Notes: generated by a model from the letters alone, not told the origin. A stretch of DNA of 44,108 nt from Octopus bimaculoides (GCF_001194135.2 NC_068981.1:69022604-69066711); one strand, 5' to 3'. Numbered from the stretch's first letter, positions 13,225 through 27,136 are shown. Translations and numbers: made by a program.

Positions 13225-13345
13225 AAGGTATGACAGGTGGTGCTAATATCAGCGCAATACTATCGGCATAAAACTGCTACATATGTTAATAACATCTTCG
13301 GGGACAAAGAAGACGTTGACTTTCAACAAGACGCTAAGCGTAATT
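13225..13345 (+). mobile_element. Possible tiny Tc1-like fragment
   Basis: IFGDKEDVDFQQDAKR resembles the F.FQQDNA motif. Short and weak. Confidence 0.25.
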
Positions 13346-16300
13346 GATAATTAAATAAGCTCGTTTTCCTCGATCATTTTCAGTTATATGAACAATCCTT
13401 ACACGTTATTACATTTAACTAATCTCTAGATAATGGTAGAATTGTATTAAATACTTGTTTAACTGGTCTAACCTTCTTTTCATCCATGCACTATCTTTAA
13501 ATTCACCAGAAGGTAAGTCTTTCATCATACACGTATATTAATCATATCTGCCTGACGATATAGTCCAGTTCACCTTTCTCTTACAACTTCTTATGAGAAA
13601 GTGATAAATCAATATGAATTACGATCAAACACCACGCCTGTCATCTGAATTTCTGGGAATATATAAACTAGCTAGATATGAATAGAGACGATCAATTGCT
13701 TGGACTCAAGTCTTACAATGTCAGTCAAATTAAATCGATATCTATAACATCAAGACATTTATGAAATAAGTCTATCCGTAGGAAAGCAACGATCATTCAA
13801 AATCTTAAGGGGACAACATCGAAATCTCCGAAAAACATTTGAAACTATAGAGGGAAACATGATATTCTTCTGGTAACTGCTAAAGAACAAGTAGGATTAA
13901 ATAGTCGGATTAGATATTGCACTATTTCTAAGGAAATCCAAATTAAGGAGTGGACAATTTGTGTGTCTATATCCTATAACTATCTGTATCTTTTTCCTGT
14001 AACAGTAGCATTTCTTTTAAAATTTCACCCGGAGTTGTAAATAGCATGGAAAGGGTCATTTCCTCTCCTGAAAGCTACCTCACGTCCTTAGCTTTCTTCG
14101 TAATCATACACTAATAGTCGAAGAAAGAAATATTATATACTGCTGTACAAGTATTATCATCTACTTTAAGTAAATAAAATACAATCTAATTGTCAAATAC
14201 AGCCCGATGACAGTTTTAGTTCTCAGAAGGATCATTGAAGTTAAAACCAACTCAAGTTTTATATTATATTGTATAATTAATTTTAATATCACAGGCTATT
14301 AATAATGACCTAACCTGATTAAATTTTCTAACGTCATAAACGAAGTGAAATTAAAACGATAGCTTATAGTAGCATTTATGGAGTCAATCCCAACTGTTTC
14401 ATACCCGTCAATAAACACAGTGCATAATCAGTTTCAGCGACAGGCAATGCCTAATGGAGTGGAAACTGGCAGTACACCATGGAGAGATCTGGTACCTATT
14501 CTTGTGAACGAGATGAAGTGAAGCAAGGTAAAATAAAGTAATTCTCTTTAGAGGCGTAACGGAGCCTCAGCAATTGATTCCAGTTTATCAGTCATCTGCA
14601 ATTAGTCTAATATGTTAAGTACTCTTAGTGGATTCTATACAAAATGCAAATATAATAGATACTAAGTCAGTAGTTATGGATTAAAATGATGCGAGTTGTA
14701 TTAGTCCACGTTGTATCAAATTTGCCATCCTTATTTTAGAAAGATATCGAGCAGATACAAACATATCAAGGTATTACTCTCACATTATGCCTCTCATCAT
14801 AAATAATAGAAATATTTCTAAAAGATTTCAGCAGATACTACAAAAACAGAAAATATGAAGGAATCTCTAAGCACCGACATCCGTACTTTAAAGGTGATAA
14901 AATGTGCCTTGCCATTAAGTGTTGGAATCATATAACCTTTGTTTCATTCGAATCTAGATGGTATCGTTTCCAGCACATGAGTATACTAATATGTTCAGGT
15001 ATATTCTGTGTTAGACACCGAGTAATTTCCAAACAATTTCCCACTAGATGTTCATGTGCAAACTAGAAATCTTTCTCTCCAGATTAGGAAGACTGTGATT
15101 TAAAGTTCATCTCTCACTGTATCTCAACTGAAAGTTGATGTAAAATTGAAGAGGACTTAAAACATTACAAACTCAGATTTACACGTAAATCACAAATTAG
15201 CTAAAGTACTACATTATGCATCGTATAAACACACAAATTCATTTTTTTTTATTTCTATGTTTTGATAGAATTTCAAGGTATTGCATAGATGAAATTTCAC
15301 GCAAATTGATGCATAATCACCAACATATCCTAATTAAGGCTAGTGTAATGGAAGTATGCTGTTGTACCGACAGTACTTTCAATAAATTACGACGAAATCA
15401 TACTCTGAGTGAATATGAAAATATTAGGAACCCAACTGGATTGTAAGGAAAACGCACATAAAATGTTCTTCTATAGCATTAGTATCGCTAATATTTTCAA
15501 CGAGAAATTCAATGTAACATCGATACTGTATGCGTTTCTGTGGGCATGTGCTTATGTGTGTGTGTGTGTGTGTGTCGTATATGGATAAGTACATAGATAT
15601 GTATAGTGTATCTTCATGTGTGATGAGACCAAGTAGAATCACTGTACAGAAGAATAATGAAAGGAGTCTATGCGCAGATGCAAACATGAAGTTTGGTGTT
15701 TACGAATGATCTATAATAACATTCCTCTAAGGAACGATGGTTGCTCTAGATGCAAAATGTACAGCAAGATGGATGGTATCTCTAATATGAATTGCAACAA
15801 CTGAAGCATAAATCTATATTAGAGAAAAGGAAGTATACTAATATAAATATCACAGGAAGCATAAAATTACAAGACAATTCTGGTTGATGACCCGATGAAT
15901 CAGGCCAGACAGCTATATCCAAAGATTTATATAGATTTGAGCAGTCTTATACTATACAGCTTTTATAATAAGAAATGAAGACAGCTAACATAAAATACAG
16001 AACACAGGAAGCTGTTGATTTCTTAGAGAGACCACCATCGAAATTTGGAGACATACATTTTATGTTAAGAGAGGAATGAATTTGGATTTTCTTTTTAATC
16101 TACATTTAAGATTTTGTTTTGCATATTAATCTATGAGATTCATAAAAATGAGCTTTCTACATGTATTATACGTTCTTGATAAATATTCCATTATATTGCA
16201 AAATAGAAGTGAAACATAGACGTATAGAACTTATTTGTAATTATTATTTGACAAAATACTTGTGTTTACGAGAAGTGTGTCCAGTGCGAGACGAAACACT

Positions 16301-16958
16301 TTACTTTACTTTATTTATTGACATCATTTTACTTGCTGGTAGATTCAAGGTAGGCTTAGATCTAATTTTCTTCCTTCCACATTTGAGGATATCCACACGA
16401 ACCAAGCTCTGAGGAAGAACGACTTCATGAACTGCATCACTTCAGAAACTTTTATTTTATTTGAAATATGCACCTTTTGTGATGGCATACCAGACGACTT
16501 TTATTCAAAAATAAGTTTCAAATGGTCACTCTTAGTTGTGTATGTGAAGTCGTATCTCCTATAATATAATGTTCTCCCAGACGGATGTTTGCACTACCTT
16601 GATTCCTTCATTTATGTTCTGATGCACTGCTACCTTGCACGTTATAAACAGAAATAGCATCTGTTATAGCTAATGCACATTAATAATTGTTTTGTAATCT
16701 ACTGCTAGATTGCTTTTAGTAGTGCATGCTTTAATGCAGTAAGACATTTTTTATGAGTATTCGCTGATGAAAAATGAGAGTGACATATATGCTCTAGCAT
16801 ATTTTATGTCACTAAATAGGGTAAGCGAAGAATTAATTCACTTACAAACAGAGAGAAGATTCTAAATATCAACTAAAGGCATATTTAAAAACAAAAACAA
16901 AACATGCTGGGAAAAATCAATCCATAATGTAAGTATTTATGTACCTTACGGGGATAAT

Positions 16959-17046
16959 ATTGGTTTCAGATTTTGACACAATGCTAATAAAATCCGGGAA
17001 GTGGGAAGGTCGATTTCATCGAAATTTAGTGTTCAACTGGTACTTA
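16959..17046 (-). mobile_element. SINE family 1, 3' fragment
   Basis: ATTGGTTTCAGATTTTGACACAA...TCAACTGGTACTTA is the reverse complement of the family tail. Confidence 0.6.
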
Positions 17047-17574
17047 CGAGTCTGCAACATCGCCAACTTTGAGAAGGATAATATCGAGAGTAATAACGAC
17101 TCACAGGTCCCACAAGTTATCCAGACGTTAAACAGAAACACAGATGTTACTAATTATAAATAAAATTCTGCGTATCAAAAGTATGACAATATTTATACCA
17201 CGTAGAACTGAGTAGCTCAATGCAAGCTAAATCCATGTGGCATAATGAGGATCTTACATAATTCACAAGTAAAGCAAGTACAAGTGGTGAGTTAGTGCAA
17301 ACAAAAAATATATCTACACGACAGTACTTACAACTGAACATATTGTAATTGATGTGTATGACAAAACTGTCAAATGCAAAATGAACACGACTGGCGCTTA
17401 AACGTATATGACAAAACCAAACACGCCTACATGAAAACTACTGTCGTTTCTTCCGAAATGATATACTATATTTGGCAATTCCAATTTTCTTTGTTCATTT
17501 CATTCATACTAAGATAATGAGTGGTGGAATCTAATACAACATTGATTGATCATGATTATATAACAACTTATTTC

Positions 17575-17703
17575 ACACATACATATGCATAGATACATGT
17601 ATGCACGCATACATACAAACAGTTGAAAGACAGACAGAAAGAAAAACATAGGGACAGACAGACAGACATGCAGGCATACAGACAGACAGACAGACAGACA
17701 TAC

Positions 17704-17751
<48 letters not shown>

Positions 17752-17782
17752 CGATAGATAGATAAATAGATAGATAGATAGA
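17575..17782. repeat. Compound (GACA)n/(GATA)n tetranucleotide microsatellite
   Basis: Direct inspection; near-perfect GATA run at 17704-17781. Confidence 0.95.
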
Positions 17783-20456
17783 CATTTCCCATTATTATCA
17801 TGAAATGCAAATTCAGCTCTGACTGGTCTTTCAACTCGTATTGTGGAAAACTTTAATTAAATAGAGTAATTTAATTAGTCCAAAATCTTCTAATTGTCTT
17901 ACCACGATGCTTTTTGGATATCAATTGTGTTACTGATAAAAGCGCAGAATGTCCACTCTTCTTGTTGTCAGACGTAATCGTGTAGGTTCAGATTAAAAAA
18001 AAAAATTCTTCCCTGTATATTATTCTGACATTAATAAATGGATTATGTTACCCAGTGTAACTTTCTAATTCTTAAGACTTTAATTTGCGATAAACACAGA
18101 ATTTGATTCAAACCAATATTCGTCACCCTCGTTTACTATCTATTAATGTTACTGTGGTGAGGAAATTCAGGCGTAATTTCTAAATAGAATCCTATATCAG
18201 TATAGTTTTGAAGATAATTTTTGGCATTCGTTCTATGTATATCGTATAATTTACAAATCTTGTGCAATGAACATAGTGCTTCAAAGTATTCCTGAAAAAA
18301 TAACCCTTAGCTTAAAACAATACATTAAAAATTTCAAATGTTTATCTATGTAATTACATGAGGAAATTTTTCAGAATCTATTAGAAAATACATTATGCAG
18401 AATCAAAGTATATTCGGTGCAAAGTGTCTTGCCTGAATCAATATTTATAACTAAATTTGCTAAGTTGGTAGCATACCTAACAGTCAAAGTTGAATTTAAA
18501 TATAGTTTCACAGACATACGAATAACTCATGACTGGTTAAATTAAATGCAGAGTTAAAAATTAGCATATTCTGAGTGAATATTCATTATTCTAAATACAC
18601 AAATATACAAATTTATAGGCCCATACACATTTATATATGTGAGTGTATTTACATATATTTACACTTACACACGCTCATGTTTGTGAGTGTATGCACTCGC
18701 ATAGAAATCAAATGTTGTGCTTTATATATATATATATTACTGATTCAATGCATTGTAGGCATACATATATACCCCTACCACATACACACAACCTTATCCG
18801 TACATCTGTGCTGGTATGTGTGTGTGTATGTGTGTATGTGTGTGTGTGTGCGTGTGTGTGTATACACACATATATTCAGTCACATGTGCATGTGAGTGTG
18901 TCTATTGATGTGTTTGTACGTGTAATTCAAATATTGAAATTTGTCATATTGCTGCACGATTATACACGGTAAGAAATATAGTTAATTTGTACGCATCAAT
19001 ACCTACCAAAGATGTTCTCACCTATATATTAAGTTTAAGACGACATTCTATCCAAATATCTATTTTAAGTACGATATGCAGATTTCTACTTTTAAATAAT
19101 AGTAGTTTCAGCTGCTAATTCTTATTGAACCTTCCGTCACAATACGACATCGTTATCTTTAAATCACTGTTTAAATACATTAGTAAGTAGACGTTTTTTT
19201 TTGTTTTTTGTTTTTTTTTTGTTTTTGTTTTCTGTAACGTACTGTCTCAGAGGATACTTGCTAATGACGAAACTCAAAGAAGTAGTATACGCATTAGAAA
19301 GACCACTGTCACTTGAAGAATTTTTTCGACACCTACTGCTGATACAAAACGCAATTCAAATAATGTAAAAACTGACTAATGTCTTTATTTGTTTATAATA
19401 AATATATTGGTAACATTCCTGCAAATCTGTATTTTCCAGATAATTGTCAGATTCTTCGACTATCCAGAAAATTATGCGAATCAAAAAGGTTGTTACTGTT
19501 ATATAAACAACACCGACATATACGAATACGAATTCAATCTTTCTTGGTAACCGAAATCCATTAAATTGTTATATATTTTATATGTGGTAATTTAGTGGTC
19601 CTGCTTTGCATAATGTTCTAGAGTTTATTTTCTTTCTTCCTCATTAAACGATAGCTTGTCTTAAAATTCTGTATACTTTTAATACATTATAAACCTTTTT
19701 CAATTCAATCTTGCATAAAACCAAATTTAAGATATATTTCAAATTAAATTTTGTGAATTTTTGTTTCCATTTATAGATAAATAATTTCAGATATTTCATT
19801 TAATTACACATTACAACAAGTTAAATACGTTACAAATGGACAACATCTAAATGATTTGTCAGCCAAAATGAAAAGAAAATATAGAGTACGTTGCTATCTC
19901 TAGTCATATACTTGAATTTTAAGTGAAATATATTCAGTTCACTCCCACGTTTATCTTTGAAATGCTGCAATGTTTCACTTAAACAGCAGGAGATAGCTGT
20001 GCGCTTTTGTTGGTCGTACTTGTGAGAGGTATGAAATTTCTTTGTTTAGATGAATCCTGTTGTATCTATTCTACAATGTTTGAATATTTTAAAACTGTCT
20101 TAATATGCGTTTCTTATATGAAGTGTCTAATTACCAATTCAATTGTTTCACCTTCATATACGTCGCAGGGAGACTGTATCCTAAACATATTTCATAGTTC
20201 TTTTAGAATTCACACTAAAGAAAAACATTAAAGAACAATTATCATTGGTTTATCTCTTTACGGGGAGGAATAGAAATCGTAGCAAAAAGATAGTGCACTA
20301 TGAGATATACAACATGTCTACTCGTGTTCCTGATCGATTTAAAAATTACTGTCTCCTTAGTGTCACAACACACCAAAAAATGAAAATCTGCCGTCTTTGT
20401 ATTTTACTAGCCATAGTTCATTGCAAAGATGGTCATCACTTGATTTCTATTCACGA

Positions 20457-20492
<36 letters not shown>
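20457..20492. repeat. (CTAT)n microsatellite
   Basis: Direct inspection. Confidence 0.9.
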
Positions 20493-20945
20493 TGTATATA
20501 TAATAGATACATATCAATATTAAGAGAAGTGTCGGATAAACATACTCCCTGACAATTAGTTACGCCTTGTAAGGTTATGAGACCAAAGTCCGCATATATT
20601 TAGGGCTGATAGAAGACATGGTTAGTAAAGTAACTTAGTTCATGTAAATCTCTATCCCAGTAATCACTATAAAAATAGAATTTGAAGTTTTGTCCCGATG
20701 GAAAATAAAATCAGCATTACTACAAATATATTATGAATTTCTATATTCCTATTCCTCACAAATCGTGTCAAGATAACGATTTACTGATAGTCAAATATAT
20801 ATTATAATTCTTGTTGATACGCCCAGTTTCAATAACTCCAAATCTTTTCGCAGTTATAATTAACGAATGTGTCTTTTAAGTCTTGAGGAGTCAGGGATAT
20901 AGTTTCAGGGCGATTTTACTGTTATTTCTCACAGTTCACTGTTCA

Positions 20946-20976
<31 letters not shown>

Positions 20977-21264
20977 NNNNNNNNNNNNNNNNNNNNNNNN
21001 NNNNNNNNNNNNNNNNNNNNNNNNNNNNNNNNNNNNNNNNNNNNNNNNNNNNNNNNNNNNNNNNNNNNNNNNNNNNNNNNNNNNNNNNNNNNNNNNNNNN
21101 NNNNNNNNNNNNNNNNNNNNNNNNNNNNNNNNNNNNNNNNNNNNNNNNNNNNNNNNNNNNNNNNNNNNNNNNNNNNNNNNNNNNNNNNNNNNNNNNNNNN
21201 NNNNNNNNNNNNNNNNNNNNNNNNNNNNNNNNNNNNNNNNNNNNNNNNNNNNNNNNNNNNNNNN

Positions 21265-21640
21265 CTTCATCAGCTGCCACCATTAAAACTCCGGCATTTC
21301 GAAGAATTAAGGCAGTACACATCGTTAAAATGGTTCTTCCCACGAACACAAATTAAATTGTTTTCGTGGATGGTAGTGGCGGACGGAAAACAAGACAGGA
21401 AAACGAAACGGTGAAATAAACAAACAAAAAGACTGTACAGCCAGACGTGAAGTGTGTATGTCTCGGACGCTGTGAAGCACGTACAGGAGGGGCAAAGAAG
21501 TACGTGCGAGCTTGGTGATTCCAAGAACGAAAAGGAATAGCAGCCGCACACACGTGACCAAGGCTGTGTGAAGAGAAAGAGTAGCAGAGGGAAAGGAGGG
21601 GAGGAAGTAGAATAAAAGTGAGCAACGAGAGGTAGAGTGA
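21265..21640 (-). mobile_element. Unclassified interspersed repeat, possibly a Penelope-type terminal region
   Basis: CpG-richer and strongly purine-skewed on the plus strand, like 10540-10930. The minus strand ends in GCAGCTGATGAAG at the gap edge, a motif common in Penelope terminal hammerheads. Confidence 0.35.
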
Positions 21641-21679
21641 GAGATATATATATATACCTTCTTTTAATATTTTTACTTA

Positions 21680-21869
21680 TTTCAGTCAGTTTACTGCCGT
21701 CATGTTAGAGCACCGCCTTTAGTCGAACAAATAAACCCCATGATGTGTTCATTGTACGCCTAGTACTTATTTTATCGGTCACTTTTGCTATACGGCTACG
21801 GTACAGGGACACAAACACACCAACTTCGGTGTCAAGCGATAGTGGGGAAACAAACACTGACACACAAAT

Positions 21870-21870
<1 letters not shown>
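21680..21870 (-). mobile_element. SINE family 2, 3' half
   Basis: AGAGCACCGCCTTTAGTCGAACAAAT...CCTAGTACTTATT..ATCGGTC..AAACACACCAAC.TCGGTGTCAAGCGATAGTGGGGAAACAAAC followed by (CA)n. Confidence 0.7.
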
Positions 21871-21913
<43 letters not shown>

Positions 21914-21948
21914 ACACACACACACACACGCACACACACACACACATA
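21870..21948. repeat. (CA)n microsatellite
   Basis: Direct inspection. Confidence 0.92.
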
Positions 21949-22330
21949 TACAAGGGGCGTAAAGTATTTCAGGGCATACTTTTTGAGTCATTGCTGCAGC
22001 TGCATTTTTTTGAGAGCCATGCTGTTATTATGGATATAAAATCTGAGCATAGCTATTTTGAAATATCTCGATTTTTAAAAGTTAGTAGATCTTTCGTCTA
22101 CAAAGTTTGTAATAAGCTAGAGACTAAAGATGGAAACGCGCCACCAGTGTTAAAGTATTCTATACTCTCTAAAATCATCAGAACATCTTAATATAATAGC
22201 AGATATTCATATTACCCGGTACATAAAATTGTAAAAAACCGCAACAGAAAGGGCTGCGTACATATTCATCCTCTGATTCAAAGCGAGTACACAGCGCACG
22301 CAAATTTACGTCAACCGATGTTATGGGGTT
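21949..22330 (+). mobile_element. Internally deleted Tc1/mariner-superfamily transposase remnant (N-terminal HTH plus a fragment of the catalytic region)
   Basis: Begins at TA|CAAGGGG next to a (CA)n tract. Translates as HAVIMDIKSEHSYFEISRFLKVSRSFVYKVCNKLETKDGN (HTH-like EIARFL.V.RS.V.K), then KIVKNRNRK and RKFTSTDVMG, resembling K.NRRNDRW and KFPA.VMVLG of DD37D-type mariners. Confidence 0.68.
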
Positions 22331-22717
22331 ACAAAATATTTTTGAACGTGGGATTTTGCTAACTTGATTATAGCTGAAACTAACAAAACTACCACTGACG
22401 AAAACAGTATTATAGCACCAGTAAGCTATTGAAGAAGGCGTAAGTACTACTTTCCTTTTACTGGGTCTGAACATCTTGACCAGAGTATGTTTTAATGCTA
22501 TGAAAAACCCGTGAAGACCCTTCTATCAGATATTTGAATCGGTTAAAAAAATAGAAATACCGGGACGAATAGTATCCCAACTCGAGAAAAAATACTCCGA
22601 TGGAATGCGCACACAAATATCAACATGAAAAATACGGGCGGAAGATTCTCATCCAAATATCTGTCAAGTTTAAGTATAAGAGTCTGAATATTGTTTTTTG
22701 GGACAGACAAGACAAAA

Positions 22718-22787
22718 TATGTACCGTCATATAGGTATGTACCGTCATAGAGGTATGTACCGTCATAGAGGTATGTACCGTCATAGG
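22718..22787. repeat. 18-bp minisatellite, about 3.9 units (TATGTACCGTCATAGAGG)
   Basis: Units start at 22718, 22736, 22754 and 22772. One T/G difference in unit 1. Confidence 0.95.
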
Positions 22788-23202
22788 CTGACGTGAATGT
22801 CTCTTTGAAAATCAAACAGATAGAAGATAACTATAGACAGATGCATCGAAACGTCCAGCTTCTTATAACCGGATTGCAACTTTTATTTACATCTATGCCA
22901 ATAATAATTGGAGTACGTGTTTTGTAATTAAATGCCAAACTCTCAGTCTGGATAAGCTTTGATCTTCAGAAAAGAATCAACCAACAAATACTATCTGTAA
23001 ACACATTACAAATACAGTCTGTAAACTGTGCAAGAGTTTACTCAGTTTTATATTGTTTTCGTTAGGTATATTTCACCAATGGAGTTTTATATCTTTGTTA
23101 GAATCCAACTCCTTCTTTAGAGGCAGTATTTAAATGATAAAAACAGAAGAGAGATACCTACATAAACACACACATATATATACACACTTCTATGTATATA
23201 TT

Positions 23203-23280
23203 GTCGTGACACTCCGTTGGTTACGACGACGAGCGTTCCATTTGATCCAATCAACGTAACAGTCTGCTCGTGAAATAATT
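23203..23280 (+). mobile_element. Fragment of another interspersed repeat family
   Basis: GGTTACGACGACGAGCGTTCCATTTGATCCAATCAACGTAACAGTCTGCTCGTGAAAT resembles a recalled abundant octopus repeat. No second copy in this window. Confidence 0.35.
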
Positions 23281-23632
23281 TTTCATATTCTATACTGACA
23301 ACGACGAATATTAAGTTAAAAGCATCACGTTAATATGATTATATGCCATCAACTATTTACCTTCTATAGAGAACATACATGCAAGTGTATTAAGATCAAG
23401 AAATTAATTGCGGTACTTACATACTTTTCTTTACGTTTTGAGTGCAAATCCAACCAATGTTGGTTTAGCAGTTCTTACGTATCACTCTTTGTCAATTAGA
23501 TACAAAAAATAACTTTGGAAAGTATATAATCACTCTACATCTGAATAAAATTCGGAACATAAATGAGATAAATATAGCAACTTCTCAATTAAATTTATTT
23601 TGTGGTAAATGGAATACGTATTTGTAGTGAAT

Positions 23633-23786
23633 ATTGGTTTCAAATTTTGGCACAAGACCAGAGATTTCGGCGGTGGGTGGGAGTTCAAATCTGTCTACCT
23701 CGGTCCTCAACTGGCGCTTATTTTATCAACCCTGAAAGGATGGGAGACAAAGTTGACATCGGGGGAATTTGAACTTAGAACGTAAA
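23633..23786 (-). mobile_element. SINE family 1, 5'-truncated copy
   Basis: ATTGGTTTCAAATTTTGGCACAAGACCAG...TTATTTTATCAACCCTGAAAGGATG...GAATTTGAACTTAGAACGTAAA. Confidence 0.78.
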
Positions 23787-25279
23787 ATTTGTAGTGAATT
23801 TTAAAATCAAGTTTGTAACATTATTTTCATACTGGTTTATGATCCGCATATATGTATGCATGTGGTGGTCATGGGTATTCACAATCATTTATACATCAGC
23901 TCCCCCAGACATACTGCCTGCGTGTGTGTGTGTATAGGGAACTAGTGATTTTCTCTCAGATAAAAGTTTACGAAACAAATATGTTTCTATCAGCCATATT
24001 AATTCTTTTTTCTACATATGCTACTTTGTTTTGTTATAGTTGTACTACTTTCCACAAGTTATTCATTATCTCGTAAGCTTATTGGTAAAATCGTTCTCCT
24101 GAGACCATTCCGTCTTTACTTCACACATAATATAATCATGGCATTATATAATATAATCTTCATTTTAAAGTTTCTATGGTCGTGTAATATTTTACTACTA
24201 TTGTTTATAACAAATTGATCGACTATATAAAAATTCATTGTTTTACTATCCGATTTATACAGTTAAAAAGATATGTGGACAGAATTTCATTTAACTTGCT
24301 TTGTAAAAGATTAAATATATGAAATACATGAAGCACCATTTGTAACAAACTTAAATTTTAAGACATGCCAGCATATGTAGTATCAAACGTTTATATTAGC
24401 ATTTCATTTATATGGCTAAAACCATTTTCTACATCTTGCTACTTAAACTGTTCATATTGAAGTAATTGTGAATTCCCTATTATTCTCTGTTGTTTACTTA
24501 TCTTTGAATCGGAAAACTTACAAAGACAAAGTTGCAAGATAGCAGTTGACATTTATCTTTATAACTTTGAAGTTTAAATATATCTAAAAATAGGCTGGTA
24601 AGAAGCAAAGCACTCTCAACAACATAGTCTTAGAATATACATAGTCTTAGAATATTACTCATTGCAGCAGCATCATACGATGCAAACAAACAAGGTAGGA
24701 TAAAGGAAAGTTAACTCTCTGAAGTACGCACACAGCAAAGATAATAGAAATAATTCATAAGAAGATTTAGGTGACGTTTGCGATGACTCAAGTGCTAAGT
24801 CTGCTACACAAACATAAATGTCTCAGTTTTATGCATACCAGGAAAATTGTTTTTAATATAGATGTTTAACTAGTAACCAATGTGTTCTATAACATAAAAG
24901 AATAATGTGTGTAATTTAACTTAATGTTAATTCTAAATAAAGAGTGTAATAAGATGCTAGCTACGAACATTTATGCAGTAATGAAGAAGCAAAATATGTA
25001 TTTGATTAATATCCATTTCTCCTCGCTGGATTCTTTTCCTCATATTCAATGATTAATATTGCTTTAAATTTTTGGCACATACAGAAAATAGCATTTTACG
25101 TTGAACGTAGAAAAATAGAACTGATTTGCGAATAAATGTCGCGAACTGCTTGTTTGACATAAATAGTAGAAAACCTTCTTGAGAAAAAAGCTTGGGCAAA
25201 AGATTCGAAATAATAGTGGACTTATCAATACTCCAGAAATGGTTCTTTAAAAATCTACTATGGATAATTTACAGAGGTC

Positions 25280-25765
25280 CTCTGTCTGGAAGTTCTACAG
25301 AAAGACGGTACTGTTTCGAGATATAATCTAAAGGGAATAATGTGCTGTCAGACGGGCCCGTTACTTATGCGAGCAGGCTTGTGGAGATATGTCGAACAGC
25401 TGCTGCCACCTATATGACTGGTCCTTTAATCAGAAAAATAAGTCATTCTTCCTTTGTCTGGGGGCGATTGCTACAGAGGTATGAGGGCAAAGACATTCCT
25501 CTTTGGTAAATCCTAATCAAAATTTAGAGTTTCACTTGAAAAGAAATGTGAGGGTAGAGGGGGGAGCTGTCCTTGAAAGAACTTTTTGAAAGGTTGATGA
25601 ATGTGGCGAAAATGGCAAAAGTTGATGGGACTGCTCTAAGTATTGACATGTGAGTTGGAAAGGTCACTTGCCCTTGGTATTCAGGGACATCTTGGATGGT
25701 GGGGTTTCTTGATTGGCTGTAGAGGTCATCAGGTATCAGGAATATGACATCATTATTATACATTT
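25280..25765 (-). mobile_element. Degenerate L2/CR1-group LINE RT remnant
   Basis: GC-richer island. Minus frames contain IFLIPDDLYS (ADD-like), an RP motif and HIGGSSCSTYL, resembling EYCSHIWGGSS. Several stops and frameshifts. Confidence 0.5.
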
Positions 25766-26757
25766 TTACTGATATATACTATGTATAATTCTTCCGTTTA
25801 TCATTACTGTATACTGCGTATATTTTTTATAATATTTATCGTATTATTTCATTTTATGAAAATCCCCGAAATTTATGTCACTCTTCACAATTTATGTCCG
25901 CTTCATGGCGAATAAAAGAAATCATCGATATCATCATCTTCATCATTATTAATATTATTTTTGACTCTAGATCGAGAATCCACTTTCATTTTAGTTCCTG
26001 AAAGGCTGTGTTAAAACTCACCGTTTTAAAAAGGCATTGGGGATTTGTTTACCAATGCATGTCTATCATTTTGAATAAGTGTCAAACTTTATTTATATAT
26101 AGTGAAACTTTGAATAATCCGATCGTTAAAACCTTGCAGCAAAACAGACTCGTGTCTAAAAAATGCACGCATATCACAGCCCATTAGAACGCAGCGTAAA
26201 ACGTTAACAGAGATATGAAGTACGCCATCTCACAATGGCTACTTCACATAGACACAGTGTTTGTACATTTAACACCTTATGCCACAGAGTACGTTTGTAT
26301 TCTGCATAGGATTATCAAACTACGTCACCATGCTTTCACTAGATACATCTTGTCAAAAACTAAATGTGCATATAACTCTTATGAATTTCTCAATTGGAAA
26401 AGTGGTAAATCAATTCATTTATCCACACGATAATTATAACCGGGGACATTTTTGTTCATAAACGCAAGATACAACAAAAATAATAATTCTTCCTACAATG
26501 GGCACAAGTTCTGTATACAGCAAAAACAAAAATATCACGCCGAGGTTTTTTTTCTCTTCGTTTCTTCATGAAATATGGTGATTAGCAACAATAAACTAAG
26601 AAATTTTAGCAAAATATTATCTTCCTCTCAGTATTCTGGAGAAAAAAGTTCCAACAATTGTTTTAAAATCATCCATTGCAGTATTTATGCACTACAGTTG
26701 TCTCTCGTCATGTAGTTTATAGCCTATGTTTTATTGCAAACTTAAAGCAGAGTAATT

Positions 26758-26933
26758 AAGGTTGTGAACTGGAAGAATCGTTAGCACGCCGGCTAAAATG
26801 CTTGGAAGCATTTCGTCCGTCTTTTCTTTCTGCGCTCAAATTAATCTGCATTCGACTTTACCTCTCAGGGTTGATTAAATCGACTAGCTCCCGTCCCCAA
26901 TTTTGTCTGTCTTGTGAAAAGAAATATTAAACC
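26758..26933 (+). mobile_element. SINE family 1, copy e
   Basis: GGTTGTGAACTGGAAGAATCGTTAGCACGCCGG...TTTCGTCCGTC head and GGGTTGATTAAATCGACTAG core. Confidence 0.78.
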
Positions 26934-26949
26934 ACTGTAAATTTGAATA

Positions 26950-27136
26950 TTGATTTCTGATTTTGACATAAGACAATCAATCGACACCAGTGCTCAACAG
27001 GTACTTATTTTATCGACACCAAAACGATGATAGGTTAAATCTGGCCTCGGTGGAATTTCATCTAAGGACATGAAGATGCAGGAAATGCCACTATCCATTT
27101 GGCCGGCATGCCAACGCTCCTGCCAGCGTGCCGCTT
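26950..27136 (-). mobile_element. SINE family 1, copy f
   Basis: GATTTCTGATTTTGACATAAG...GTACTTATTTTATCGAC...CTGCCAGCGTGCCGC is the reverse complement of the family. Confidence 0.75.

Noticed and set aside
22718-22787. Repeat array as a possible CRISPR
   Set aside because: Units are directly abutting with no spacers, there are no cas genes, and the context is eukaryotic.
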